A stretch of 37,647 bases of DNA, taken from Candidatus Levybacteria bacterium RIFCSPLOWO2_01_FULL_39_10 (GTDB taxonomy: Bacteria > Patescibacteriota > Microgenomatia > Levybacterales > UBA12049). Location of the stretch: positions 1 to 37,647 of the forward strand of contig MFOV01000008.1 in assembly GCA_001782515.1 (NCBI GenBank). The letters run 5' to 3'. This document shows positions 1 to 8,071 of the stretch, in pieces (the first letter of the stretch is position 1; every line of letters begins with the position of its first letter). Below the pieces are notes generated by a model. The model was not told the origin of the DNA and searched no databases. It saw nothing but the letters and a program-made list of their open reading frames with translations. Both the position numbers and the translations under genes were made by a program.

Positions 1-50
1 AAGAGTACTTACTTAAACAAAAAGTGTCCACGATCTAGTTACCTTGTACG

Positions 51-129
51 CCCTATTAAATTTGCGAGCAAGTTATTTAATAGGGTCAACCCCGTTAGAA
101 TCCAATTCATTGAAAAGTTTCTAACGGGG
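51..129. repeat. Tandem pair of palindromes (REP-like doublet)
   Basis: CCCTATTAAAT(51)...ATTTAATAGGG(85) followed by CCCCGTTAGAA(90)...TTCTAACGGGG(129); a TCTAACGGG arm recurs at ~9976 and ~10535. Confidence 0.7.
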
Positions 130-265
130 CCAGTTTTGCTAATAACTTATAAATCTGTGGGTCAAATCTTAAAAAATAATCTTGATAATATACTCTCGCA
201 GGTATGGGTGCGCTTCTTGTAACAAAAAAGGCAACTTATTCTGAGCTGAAACAAAAAAAGCTAAT

Positions 266-610
266 TTAGTCCTTTGGTGAAACTTCTTTCATTCTTCTAT
301 ACTTGTAGATACAGCTTCCATCTTCTCTTCTTACGATCATCAATTCAAGCTCATGGGCTTCTATCATTTGAGCAGCATATCGTTTTACCTCTTTTAGGCT
401 TAAGCCATGCACATTTGGTCTATTGGGAAATCTTAGCTCTGCATCACTTAAAACAATATCAGCTGGTGAAAACCAATCAGACCCTCCAGTCTGGGCAACT
501 CTTCTTTCCAGATTATCAATCGCTCGATTAATATAATCCCTATTTATAAGGTCTCTTTCATGAAATTGCTCTTTACTTCTTAATGGTTCAGTTTCTCTTA
601 TAAGTGTCAT
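266..610 (-). CDS. Hypothetical protein (114 aa)
   Basis: ORF with ATG start directly downstream of a TTGACA-17-TAGAAT promoter; no recognised motif. Confidence 0.7.
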   Translation of the reverse strand: MTLIRETEPLRSKEQFHERDLINRDYINRAIDNLERRVAQTGGSDWFSPADIVLSDAELRFPNRPNVHGLSLKEVKRYAAQMIEAHELELMIVRREDGSCIYKYRRMKEVSPKD

Positions 611-621
611 AATTGTGAAGA

Positions 622-650
622 ATTCTACTGCGATAATACAAACTTGTCAA
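622..650 (-). promoter_or_regulatory. sigma70-type promoter for ORF 266-610
   Basis: Minus strand TTGACA (650-645), 17-nt spacer, TAGAAT (627-622), ATG 11 nt later. Confidence 0.7.
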
Positions 651-810
651 TCATTTGTGAGCCTGTCCTTAAATAATGAAAGGTCATCAATCAGCCGTCC
701 AAGCCATAGTGTTCTTAAAATAATTATCTGACTGATTTATTTTAATAGGATCGTGTCCGAGTTGTTGGCTTGAAAATTCAATATTTGCCATATTATTTAA
801 AAATATTTGG

Positions 811-1152
811 TTATATTTTAGTTTTCAGCGCTAATTCTCTGGTATTTTTAATCCGGGTTTCCTGCATTTCTTTTACAATACCAATCATTCTACTACGCTC
901 CCTGGAAGTTGCCGTAATTTTAATATAAAGAGTGCTACATGACCTTTGTAGATCATTTTCATTGCTGCTATAAATATCAAATTCTTCTATAGTAGTTACT
1001 CGCGATGAACCGCCCATAAGTCCCCTGGCAATCCTAAAATCCTTCATATCTTCAGAAGAAACATATCCAAATGCTTCCTCCTGTGTATCAATTTTTTCTT
1101 CAACACATTTTTCCTTTTGTCTATATATCCTTAATCTTTCAATAAATCCCAT
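811..1152 (-). CDS. Hypothetical protein
   Basis: ORF 811-1188; ATG at 1152 (MGFIERLR) is the more plausible start; no motif. Confidence 0.55.
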   Translation of the reverse strand: MGFIERLRIYRQKEKCVEEKIDTQEEAFGYVSSEDMKDFRIARGLMGGSSRVTTIEEFDIYSSNENDLQRSCSTLYIKITATSRERSRMIGIVKEMQETRIKNTRELALKTKI

Positions 1153-1302
1153 ACTATTAATAATTGTAATAATTGTACTCCGGTTCAAAAATTAAATTAA
1201 GCGGCATTAATACTACTCCTACCGCTATAAGTTCTTTCATAGTTTGGGTTGGATAAAAAGAATAGTAACTTGGTAATTGGAAGTTCTAAAAATTTTTAAA
1301 TA

Positions 1303-1740
1303 TTAAGACATAGGGGGTGGTGAGACCAATAGCACACCTTTAAGAAGAAAATTTCTTTCAATTTCTGTCATTTCGTAGTAGCGCTCGGCAATTTCTCTAT
1401 TGCCGCCCCACATATCATCATTCCAATTCAAAGCAAGATAATGAAATTCTGTAAATGTTCCGCCATACACCCATCCTTTTACGAAAAGTGGATTTTCAAG
1501 CACCATTTTTTTAAGAGCATCGGGATTTATGTTTGGAACAGTTGCTACGACTTCTTCGATATTCTCATTTAGTCTTTCCATAAATTCATCAGTAGGTTCA
1601 AACTTATCAGGATCAATTAGGGGGTGTGCTTCCTGAAGCAGTCCTATATACTTAGCAGATAGTTGTGCCTCAGGATCAGCTAGTTCCTCAGGCGTTGGCT
1701 CTCTACCATACCCAACTCTTGTTGCCTCTACTCTTACCAT
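1303..1740 (-). CDS. Hypothetical protein (145 aa, acidic)
   Basis: ORF with TTGACA (1774-1769) and a -10-like box just before the ATG. Confidence 0.7.
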   Translation of the reverse strand: MVRVEATRVGYGREPTPEELADPEAQLSAKYIGLLQEAHPLIDPDKFEPTDEFMERLNENIEEVVATVPNINPDALKKMVLENPLFVKGWVYGGTFTEFHYLALNWNDDMWGGNREIAERYYEMTEIERNFLLKGVLLVSPPPMS

Positions 1741-1769
1741 GAAAGTATATTACCATTTATTCCTATCGT

Positions 1770-1818
1770 GTCAACCCCGCTAGGGATATTTCGAACTTTA
1801 ACCGGGTCAACCCCGCTA
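1770..1818 (+). repeat. Direct repeat GTCAACCCCGCTA x2
   Basis: Copies at 1770-1782 and 1806-1818; near-identical GTCAACCCCGTTA at 85-97. Confidence 0.6.
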
Positions 1819-1834
1819 AATAAGAGTGTGGAAC

Positions 1835-2641
1835 TTAATATATAATGTTGAGGCCGTCTATATCACCCTGTTCGGGTGATATTTTTTTAATTTCTCCTTT
1901 TGATCCGTAACCAAACATTGTATTTTCCACATATGGACTGTCATATTCATCATCCAGCCCAAACCAGTGACCTAATTCATGGATCATAATATTTTCAGCA
2001 TTATAATAACCTGTTGAACATGTAAGATTCCAGGAAATCCTGTTATTCATAATAGTGTCAACTTCTGCAACAATTCCCGTTGCAGTGTAATACCATATGT
2101 AAGTAGCACCAAGCGTACTTCTATTTGTCCTGCCCCAGGCAATAATATTTTGAGAATCAAATCTGCTTCTTGAAACAGAAGTCAGCCCATCATAGGCCAG
2201 GTTTGGTTTTGCTGAAGTTGTACCATCAAGTGTAATTGCGGCTGTCCATTTGTTAAAACTAGTTGATACAAATGTTGGGACACTGCTTCTGACTGATGAA
2301 GGAGCACTTGATTGGTTTAATTTGTATTTTACGGGGGCACTTGTTGTGAGTTTCCATCCTGCTCCTCCAACAACAGCACCTGATCTGCTATCTTCGCAAA
2401 TTAAAGATGTTGCCTGTTGCGTATGATTGCCAGCTTTTGGCCCATGAACAAATACTCTTACTCTTAAGTCCTGTCTTCCGCGAATTGCAAAATCACCTGA
2501 AATTTCTGGAATATTTGAAATATCAACAATTTTATCAATCGATTTTAGATTTAATAAATTTGGAATGCTTGCACTGGCAGAAGCAGCAAGTAAGGTTGCT
2601 ATAAAAGCAAAAACAAAGGTTATGCTTAAAAATTTCTTCAT
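1835..2641 (-). CDS. Secreted matrixin-like (metzincin, M10-like) zinc metalloprotease
   Basis: N-terminal signal peptide; HELGHWFGLDD zinc motif (HExGHxxGxxD variant) followed by a Met-turn (NTMF). Confidence 0.85.
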   Translation of the reverse strand: MKKFLSITFVFAFIATLLAASASASIPNLLNLKSIDKIVDISNIPEISGDFAIRGRQDLRVRVFVHGPKAGNHTQQATSLICEDSRSGAVVGGAGWKLTTSAPVKYKLNQSSAPSSVRSSVPTFVSTSFNKWTAAITLDGTTSAKPNLAYDGLTSVSRSRFDSQNIIAWGRTNRSTLGATYIWYYTATGIVAEVDTIMNNRISWNLTCSTGYYNAENIMIHELGHWFGLDDEYDSPYVENTMFGYGSKGEIKKISPEQGDIDGLNIIY

Positions 2642-2769
2642 TAAATGAATAGTAAGCTATAAAAACAGTAATTGTCAAGTTTTCGAATGAACTTAAGTTT
2701 TCGTCCATAACTGCTTGGCTTGATTCTAATGGTTCATGACCAATTTGCTCGACAGATCCTTTGACATAA

Positions 2770-3183
2770 TTAGTAGTCTACTTCAATTTCCATTGCCCGA
2801 CTTTCCTCGGCAAGTCTTTTTTTATCCCAGATGTATTTATTTATCTTTCCTATGAGAACTCCTATTTTTTTATATACCTCCGAACCTTCATCAAAATTAT
2901 GAACAAAAACAAATCCTTCCCCGCGCGCTGGAATTCTCGCTCTAACAACCGCGGACATTTCAACATCTTCCGTAGGTGTTCTATTTTGACTACTTTGCTG
3001 CGAAAGTCCAATTTCATATTGGATAGTATCCGAAAATCCTTTTATAGTTAGCTCTGTTGCAAACGCAATTACCAAAGGGTCATTTTCGGAAAGATCAGCT
3101 TCCCGCCAATTATCAAATGGAACTGATTCTAACTGGTTTATTAGTCTAAGCTGATCATTTGGTGAATCCTCTTTTCTTTCCAT
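2770..3183 (-). CDS. Hypothetical protein
   Basis: ORF 2770-3279; ATG at 3183 (MERKEDSP) avoids overlap with the repeat at 3211 and the divergent gene. Confidence 0.6.
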   Translation of the reverse strand: MERKEDSPNDQLRLINQLESVPFDNWREADLSENDPLVIAFATELTIKGFSDTIQYEIGLSQQSSQNRTPTEDVEMSAVVRARIPARGEGFVFVHNFDEGSEVYKKIGVLIGKINKYIWDKKRLAEESRAMEIEVDY

Positions 3184-3210
3184 TGTTCTTGCAATAATCC
3201 TATATTTTCG

Positions 3211-3240
3211 CAAAAAAAACAACCCCGATACAAAAATTTG
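3211..3240 (+). repeat. Cassette-boundary repeat, degenerate copy 0
   Basis: CAAAAAAAACAACCCCGATACAAAAATTTG: left arm and A/T tail retained, right arm lost. Confidence 0.55.
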
Positions 3241-3272
3241 ACAAATTAAAATTATTATTTCATTATTTATGT

Positions 3273-4043
3273 ATGGCAAGAAGTTCTAAAAAGAACAACA
3301 GAAATTTGGCAATATTGTTATTTATCGGAGCTGCAATTTTTGCTACAGTTGCTCTAGCGAGTCAGAAAACATCCTGGTTTAACTTTGCAAAAGGGCCCGC
3401 TGATACGCCTGCGCTCACGAATCTAAACTCTGCAGGGGATATAGTCACCACAACTAATCCAGACGGCACCATGGGCCCTGCCACATTTTCGAAGAACGCA
3501 TCAAATGCTCTTCCTTCTTACTTAAAAGGCACTCTATTTTTTAATGTATCAAGTGAGGAAGGAAACGTTTTGGGAGCAAATTCAAATAAAACAAGTGCAG
3601 TTTCGGACTTTGTAAATTTATTTATAGTTATTAAAAAGATTGAGGTGCATATTGCACAGCAGGGTGATCCCAAAACTAACACAAAACCTCAGAGACTTAG
3701 CAGATGGGAAACTTTGGATCTTGCAACACCAATTAGCGTTGATCTTTTAAAACTCGCAGATGAGGATAGTCCGGTTCTAGTTGCAGTATCCAAGCTTGCT
3801 GCAGGACGATATACCCAAGTCAGACTCTACATTGATGAGGCATTTGGAGAACTTGCAAATGAGGATGTAGTACAATTTAAAATTCCCGGAAAAAATGGCA
3901 TTGTTAAAGTTGTAAAGTCATTTAAAATCGACGCAGGCGGGCAAACTACTCTTACCATGGAATTTGACCCCCTAAAATCTATCAAAAAATCAGGAAACGA
4001 TTATATCTTAAAGCCTGTTATCGGAAAAATGCAGGTAGAATAA
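3273..4043 (+). CDS. DUF4382-like membrane-anchored/secreted protein
   Basis: N-terminal TM helix; IKKIEVH...VDLLKL...LAAGRYTQVRL...LTMEFDPLKSI...YILKPVI pattern typical of DUF4382. Confidence 0.75.
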   Translation: MARSSKKNNRNLAILLFIGAAIFATVALASQKTSWFNFAKGPADTPALTNLNSAGDIVTTTNPDGTMGPATFSKNASNALPSYLKGTLFFNVSSEEGNVLGANSNKTSAVSDFVNLFIVIKKIEVHIAQQGDPKTNTKPQRLSRWETLDLATPISVDLLKLADEDSPVLVAVSKLAAGRYTQVRLYIDEAFGELANEDVVQFKIPGKNGIVKVVKSFKIDAGGQTTLTMEFDPLKSIKKSGNDYILKPVIGKMQVE

Positions 4044-4051
4044 CCTTAACT

Positions 4052-4103
4052 CCACAAAAAAACAGCCCCGATTCTTCAAGGCTGTAAAACAAAAATTTGT
4101 TTT
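4052..4103 (+). repeat. Cassette-boundary repeat copy 1
   Basis: CCACAAAAAAACAGCCCCGATTCTTCAAGGCTGTAAAACAAAAATTTGTTTT. Confidence 0.9.
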
Positions 4104-4110
4104 AAGATAT

Positions 4111-4521
4111 TTAATTAAATTTTCTAAATTCTATATCGAATTGATTTGCAAATCCCCTAAAAGTTATTTCTGCCTTCAAAAAAAGATCATTTCTTCCCAA
4201 TATACATTTAAAAGGAGCTACCCCTTCTACAATATTTATATCTATCATAAATGGATTAAACTCTATCTCTGTTTCTAAATTCTTAAAAGTCCGGTAATAG
4301 AATTCTCCTGAGGTAGTATAACCTGTTTCTCGTTTTAATTTATTCCAATCAATATGAAGAGCATCTGCTATAACCGTGGAAATCAGCCCTGAGTCAGCTC
4401 CGGAATCTACAAGAGCGAAAGTATCAAAATTATATTTCCCATTTATAAAAGTTACTGGTATCACAGGAGCAAGTGTGGTGACTGATCCCGGCAATAAGCT
4501 ATAATCGTAGGTATACTTCAT
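4111..4521 (-). CDS. Retropepsin-like aspartyl protease
   Basis: ALVDSGAD catalytic motif and C-terminal ILGRND motif. Confidence 0.85.
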   Translation of the reverse strand: MKYTYDYSLLPGSVTTLAPVIPVTFINGKYNFDTFALVDSGADSGLISTVIADALHIDWNKLKRETGYTTSGEFYYRTFKNLETEIEFNPFMIDINIVEGVAPFKCILGRNDLFLKAEITFRGFANQFDIEFRKFN

Positions 4522-4718
4522 CCAACAAAATTAGAATAACTTTCTCCAGAAGGAAAATAGTAAACTTTTTGTTTTCCTTTTTTACTTTCAACTCTTTTCA
4601 TCAAAACATCTAGGGTTTTTGCGTGACCTAATACCTTCTTATAATCAGAAGATACTGCAACCCAGCCTTTACCATAACCTTTCAGTAATTTAGTAAAATC
4701 TATTCCCATTCTCTTCAT
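4518..4718 (-). CDS. DUF5678-like small protein (partner of the aspartyl protease)
   Basis: YGKGWVAVSSDYKKVLGHAKT pattern; ATGA overlap with the protease gene; TATAAT 6 nt before ATG. Confidence 0.7.
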   Translation of the reverse strand: MKRMGIDFTKLLKGYGKGWVAVSSDYKKVLGHAKTLDVLMKRVESKKGKQKVYYFPSGESYSNFVG

Positions 4719-4762
4719 AAGTCCATTATACTAGCATATTTCAATAGTTAGTCAAGTTTTTT

Positions 4763-4806
4763 CCACAAAAAAACAACCCAGGAATCCGAGGCTGGAAAAA
4801 TTAGCT
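4763..4806 (+). repeat. Cassette-boundary repeat copy 2
   Basis: CCACAAAAAAACAACCCAGGAATCCGAGGCTGGAAAAATTAGCT. Confidence 0.85.
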
Positions 4807-5262
4807 ATTTGCGGGCTCTTTTTCTTTTGGTGCGGATTTAAGCTGATGGTATTCTTCTTCGCTTATTTCAATATATACTTGCATATCCTTCATGCCGATA
4901 CTCTCCAATGTTCTTTTTTTTCTCATGCGTACATTATTCCCTTCACCCCTATCTACACTAACTAGCATAGCAAGACCCATAGGTTTACCATCTTGAAAAA
5001 ACTCTATCCCTCCAGCGAGGTTATAAACATCGTGATATTCATCTCCAAACCTAACGCCTTGTGGCGGGATAAAAACAACTGAATCTTCTTTATACCCTGG
5101 TTCCCCTTTTATGCCTGAGGATCCATCAACAATCCTAGGTACTCTTCCTTCAAGGACTAATCTCTCCACGCTGCCCGGAGCAAGAAGTTCTTCACGACTT
5201 CTGTCTTGTTCTTTTTCCCAAAGCATTCTATCTAAATTGCGAACTTCCGAAGGTGCTGCCAT
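4801..5262 (-). CDS. Hypothetical protein, paralog of 7083-7493
   Basis: Shares N-terminus (PSEVRNLDRMLW.KEQDRSREELLAPG) and C-terminus (HQLKSAPKE) with 7083-7493; own TTGACT/TATAAT promoter. Confidence 0.8.
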   Translation of the reverse strand: MAAPSEVRNLDRMLWEKEQDRSREELLAPGSVERLVLEGRVPRIVDGSSGIKGEPGYKEDSVVFIPPQGVRFGDEYHDVYNLAGGIEFFQDGKPMGLAMLVSVDRGEGNNVRMRKKRTLESIGMKDMQVYIEISEEEYHQLKSAPKEKEPANS

Positions 5263-5317
5263 AACTTTGTTATTATAGTATAGTTGGCTGCAAAGTCAAC
5301 CTATTCGTAACCTTCCC

Positions 5318-5477
5318 CCACAAAAAAACAGTCGCCGACCTAGTCACCGACTCGGAAGAGTCTTCTCAGAACCCGAGGTTCACCGAACCGGAGGTCTGAC
5401 TCGGAGAGGAAGGTTTTCTCCTAACCGGAGGTTATCTGAACCGGAGGTCTGACCCGGTAGGCCCCGGAATCCGAGGC
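5318..5477 (+). repeat. Cassette-boundary repeat copy 3 with ~130-bp internal insertion
   Basis: CCACAAAAAAACAG[TCGCCGACCTAG...TCTGACCCGGTAGG]CCCCGGAATCCGAGGC; insertion contains GAACCGGAGGTCTGAC x2 and GACTCGGA(A)GAG x2. Confidence 0.85.
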
Positions 5478-5506
5478 AACAGAAATAAAACCAGACTTTG
5501 CTATTA

Positions 5507-5535
5507 TTGAAGTAAAATTTTTAAACTGTTATAAT
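5507..5535 (+). promoter_or_regulatory. sigma70-type promoter for the antitoxin-Doc operon (leaderless)
   Basis: TTGAAG (5507)-17 nt-TATAAT (5530-5535); ATG at 5542. Confidence 0.7.
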
Positions 5536-5541
5536 TTCTGT

Positions 5542-5667
5542 ATGACAAAAAATAATATAAAAAACTACGAAAATAAAAATCCCAAAAAGGCAAAATTAAT
5601 AAAGAAAACCATAAACAAAGGGGTTAAGCAATATGAGGAAACCTTCCGAAGACTTGCAGGAACCTAA
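5542..5667 (+). CDS. Putative 41-aa antitoxin of Doc (not in ORF track)
   Basis: Hand translation MTKNNIKNYENKNPKKAKLIKKTINKGVKQYEETFRRLAGT*; the YEETFRRLA tail resembles Doc-binding antitoxin tails; overlaps the toxin start. Confidence 0.65.
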   Translation: MTKNNIKNYENKNPKKAKLIKKTINKGVKQYEETFRRLAGT

Positions 5668-6088
5668 TTGGATTGAAATAGAAGATTTTGAGTATATCTG
5701 CTTCAACTTAACTCGAAAACTATTAACGTTTAACGAACCAATTCCAGATTATTCAACAAGAGATCGCTCATCGCTTGAATCTTCTCTTAGCGCACCTAAA
5801 AATACTTATTTTAACCAAGAAGGATCTTCCCTACCTGATTTGGCAAGCGTATTGTTTTACTCGATTATCAAAAATCATCCGTTTGTAAACGGAAATAAAA
5901 GAATTGCTGTAATGAGTGTTTTAATATTTTTTGCAATTAATAATAAATGGGTAAATATTCCTCCTGATATACTTTATAATCTTGCAAAAATTGTTGCAGA
6001 ATCTTCACCTTCGCTTAGGAAACACAATCTTAAGAGATCAGCTGATCTCTTTAACAAGTATTTGGTAGATTATAAGGAAGCTAAATAA
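5633..6088 (+). CDS. Fic/Doc family toxin
   Basis: HPFVNGNKR Fic motif (Doc-like K); true start may be in-frame TTG at 5654. Confidence 0.9.
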   Translation: MRKPSEDLQEPNWIEIEDFEYICFNLTRKLLTFNEPIPDYSTRDRSSLESSLSAPKNTYFNQEGSSLPDLASVLFYSIIKNHPFVNGNKRIAVMSVLIFFAINNKWVNIPPDILYNLAKIVAESSPSLRKHNLKRSADLFNKYLVDYKEAK

Positions 6089-6099
6089 ATCAAGCATTC

Positions 6100-6180
6100 C
6101 CAGAAAAAAACAGTCGCCGACCTAGAAGGTTTCTGACCCGGTAGGCCCCGGTCTCCCGAGGCTGAAAAAATATTATTTTT
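6100..6180 (+). repeat. Cassette-boundary repeat copy 4 with 32-bp internal insertion
   Basis: CCAGAAAAAAACAG[TCGCCGACCTAGAAGGTTTCTGACCCGGTAGG]CCCCGGTCTCCCGAGGCTGAAAAAATATTATTTTT. Confidence 0.9.
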
Positions 6181-6189
6181 AATCTTTGC

Positions 6190-6501
6190 CTATTCTACCC
6201 GTCCTGCTAATTGACCTTCTTGTGCTAAAAATCCTCTGACTATAGTAGTGGCTACATTCATAACGCTTGCTCTTCGTGTAGCATCAGGAATCTCACCAAA
6301 AGCTTGTTTTACTGCTATTGCTCCAAGCAAAACGCTTCCTTCTCCTATTTCTCTTAATTCTTCTTCTGAAAATTGTGCCCCGCGTCCTTCAAAAGTAAAA
6401 TCAATCCAAGGCTCTTGTCCTGGCATCATATGAAATTCTACTTGCACGCCTGAAGTGTCTTCAACTCCCCTTCTTTGTTCTGCTACTCCCTCCGTCCTCA
6501 T
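6190..6501 (-). CDS. Hypothetical protein
   Basis: ORF 6190-6510; AGGAGGTGA Shine-Dalgarno upstream of ATG 6501 (MRTEGV). Confidence 0.75.
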   Translation of the reverse strand: MRTEGVAEQRRGVEDTSGVQVEFHMMPGQEPWIDFTFEGRGAQFSEEELREIGEGSVLLGAIAVKQAFGEIPDATRRASVMNVATTIVRGFLAQEGQLAGRVE

Positions 6502-6556
6502 AATTATCACCTCCTCAAATATTTGCCGGTATTATATCAAACTATATCAACCTTTA

Positions 6557-6623
6557 CCACAAAACAGCCCCGGTCTCCCGAGGCTGTCCCCGACTCGGAG
6601 AGAAAAAAATAAAATTAGTTTTT
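6557..6623 (+). repeat. Cassette-boundary repeat copy 5
   Basis: CCACAAAACAGCCCCGGTCTCCCGAGGCTG-tccccgactcggagag-AAAAAAATAAAATTAGTTTTT; lies between divergent genes. Confidence 0.9.
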
Positions 6624-6624
6624 A

Positions 6625-6652
6625 TTGACATTTCAGTCTAAATTAGTATAAT
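6625..6652 (+). promoter_or_regulatory. Consensus sigma70 promoter, leaderless
   Basis: TTGACA (6625)-16 nt-TATAAT (6647-6652); ATG at 6660. Confidence 0.8.
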
Positions 6653-6659
6653 TCTATCC

Positions 6660-6995
6660 ATGAGTCCTGAGAGAGGTAGATTTTTAAAAAGAATTTTAGG
6701 GAAAGAAAATCCTCCTGAACTTAGTTGGAACGACAGGCCTGTTTCTATAACCCGCTATGAAAGGACTGAAGATGTACCTATTGCTTATACAGTTATGGGC
6801 GCGTTTTTTGGAGGGATTGCGCCAGATGGTTTATTTGTAAATTATGCACAGGATGGTATTTCAATTGTTGACACAAGAAAAGCTCTCGGAATGGAAATTG
6901 AGGAAGAAACAGACCAAGAATTTGTAACAAGAGTTCTTGATAATAGAGAAAACGATGAAGAAGCAGAAGGTGGAAAAATTTTCTTTGTAGGATAA
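6660..6995 (+). CDS. Hypothetical protein (111 aa)
   Basis: ORF filling the space between repeat copies 5 and 6, with its own promoter. Confidence 0.75.
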   Translation: MSPERGRFLKRILGKENPPELSWNDRPVSITRYERTEDVPIAYTVMGAFFGGIAPDGLFVNYAQDGISIVDTRKALGMEIEEETDQEFVTRVLDNRENDEEAEGGKIFFVG

Positions 6996-7027
6996 TTCGC
7001 CTCTCCCAATTAGATTTACAATGATTC

Positions 7028-7070
7028 CCACAAAAAACAGCCCCGAAATCCGAGGCTTTAAAAATTAGCT
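7028..7070 (+). repeat. Cassette-boundary repeat copy 6
   Basis: CCACAAAAAACAGCCCCGAAATCCGAGGCTTTAAAAATTAGCT. Confidence 0.9.
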
Positions 7071-7082
7071 ATTTGTGGGCTC

Positions 7083-7493
7083 TTACTCTTTTGGTGCGGA
7101 TTTAAGCTGATGCAACTCTTCCTCATCTATTCCAATATACAAAGGTGCATCTAAATCTAACATACCAATTCTTTCTAGTGTTTTATTTGTTCTCATAAGT
7201 ATATTTTCGCCCTCACCTCTATCAACTCTAAGAAAGCTGGCAAATCCCATAGATTTATCATCTCGAAAAAATTCCACTTTATCAACAGAAGTATAAACAT
7301 GATATGAGTCCCCAATCCTAACACCTTGTGGCGGGATAAAAACTGATAAGAAATCATCGACAACGAAAAGTACTCTTCCTTCAAGGACTAGTATCTCCAC
7401 ATTACCCGGAGCAAGAAGTTCTTCACGACTTCTGTCTTGTTCTTTTTTCCAAAGCATTCTATCTAAATTGCGAACTTCCGAAGGTACAGCCAT
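7083..7493 (-). CDS. Hypothetical protein, paralog of 4801-5262
   Basis: Clear homology; stop 6 codons earlier (AAA>TAA) than the paralog; TTGACA/TATAAT promoter upstream. Confidence 0.8.
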   Translation of the reverse strand: MAVPSEVRNLDRMLWKKEQDRSREELLAPGNVEILVLEGRVLFVVDDFLSVFIPPQGVRIGDSYHVYTSVDKVEFFRDDKSMGFASFLRVDRGEGENILMRTNKTLERIGMLDLDAPLYIGIDEEELHQLKSAPKE

Positions 7494-7552
7494 AACAGCG
7501 TAATTATATTATAGTTAGCCGCAATGTCAATCCACTCGCAAGGCTTTAGGAT

Positions 7553-7633
7553 AAAAAAACAGCCCCGGTCTCCCAAGGCTGCTTCCAGCTCAGAGAGCTT
7601 CTAGCTCGGTGAGAAAAAACAAAATTAGTTTTT
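7553..7633 (+). repeat. Cassette-boundary repeat copy 7
   Basis: AAAAAAACAGCCCCGGTCTCCCAAGGCTG-cttccagctcagagagcttctagctcggtgag-AAAAAACAAAATTAGTTTTT. Confidence 0.9.
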
Positions 7634-7682
7634 AAAATTAATAAAAGGGGTTGAAATACTACTGCATTCTTTATGGGTATAT

Positions 7683-7985
7683 TCAGTCACTTATAAATAA
7701 GCTGTGGAAAAGAAGAAAAAGAATAGTAATTATGCCTATAATAACTGATAAATAAACAAAAGGTGAAGATTCGCTATGTTTTCTAATAGCAATAATACTA
7801 AATGCAAAAGCTGCGATATTTGCAAGAAACACCAATACAACTACATCCCACCAACGATCATTAAAAGACAGAATTCCAAGCATATTAACCAAAATTATAC
7901 TAGTAGTAATTACTATCAGGAAAAAAACATTTAATGCTATTGACCATCTTCCTAAGCGGGTTTTTGGCAGCAAATTTGATCCCAT
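7683..7985 (-). CDS. Small integral membrane protein (3 TM)
   Basis: Three hydrophobic stretches; ATG at 7985 (MGSNLLPKTRLGRWS) preferred over 7994. Confidence 0.75.
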   Translation of the reverse strand: MGSNLLPKTRLGRWSIALNVFFLIVITTSIILVNMLGILSFNDRWWDVVVLVFLANIAAFAFSIIAIRKHSESSPFVYLSVIIGIITILFLLFHSLFISD

Positions 7986-7999
7986 ATATTTCAATCATA

Positions 8000-8055
8000 C
8001 CAGAAAAAAACAGCCCCGAAAACCCGAGGCTGTCAAAAAACAAAAATTAGTTTTT
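8000..8055 (+). repeat. Cassette-boundary repeat copy 8
   Basis: CCAGAAAAAAACAGCCCCGAAAACCCGAGGCTGTCAAAAAACAAAAATTAGTTTTT. Confidence 0.95.
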
Positions 8056-8071
8056 ATTTATTTTGTGCTTT

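Noticed and set aside
640..792. Possible gene remnant MANIEFSSQQLGHDPI... resembling EQIGHEPL near 2730-2750
   Set aside because: Very short, interrupted, and similarity within chance; no family assignable.
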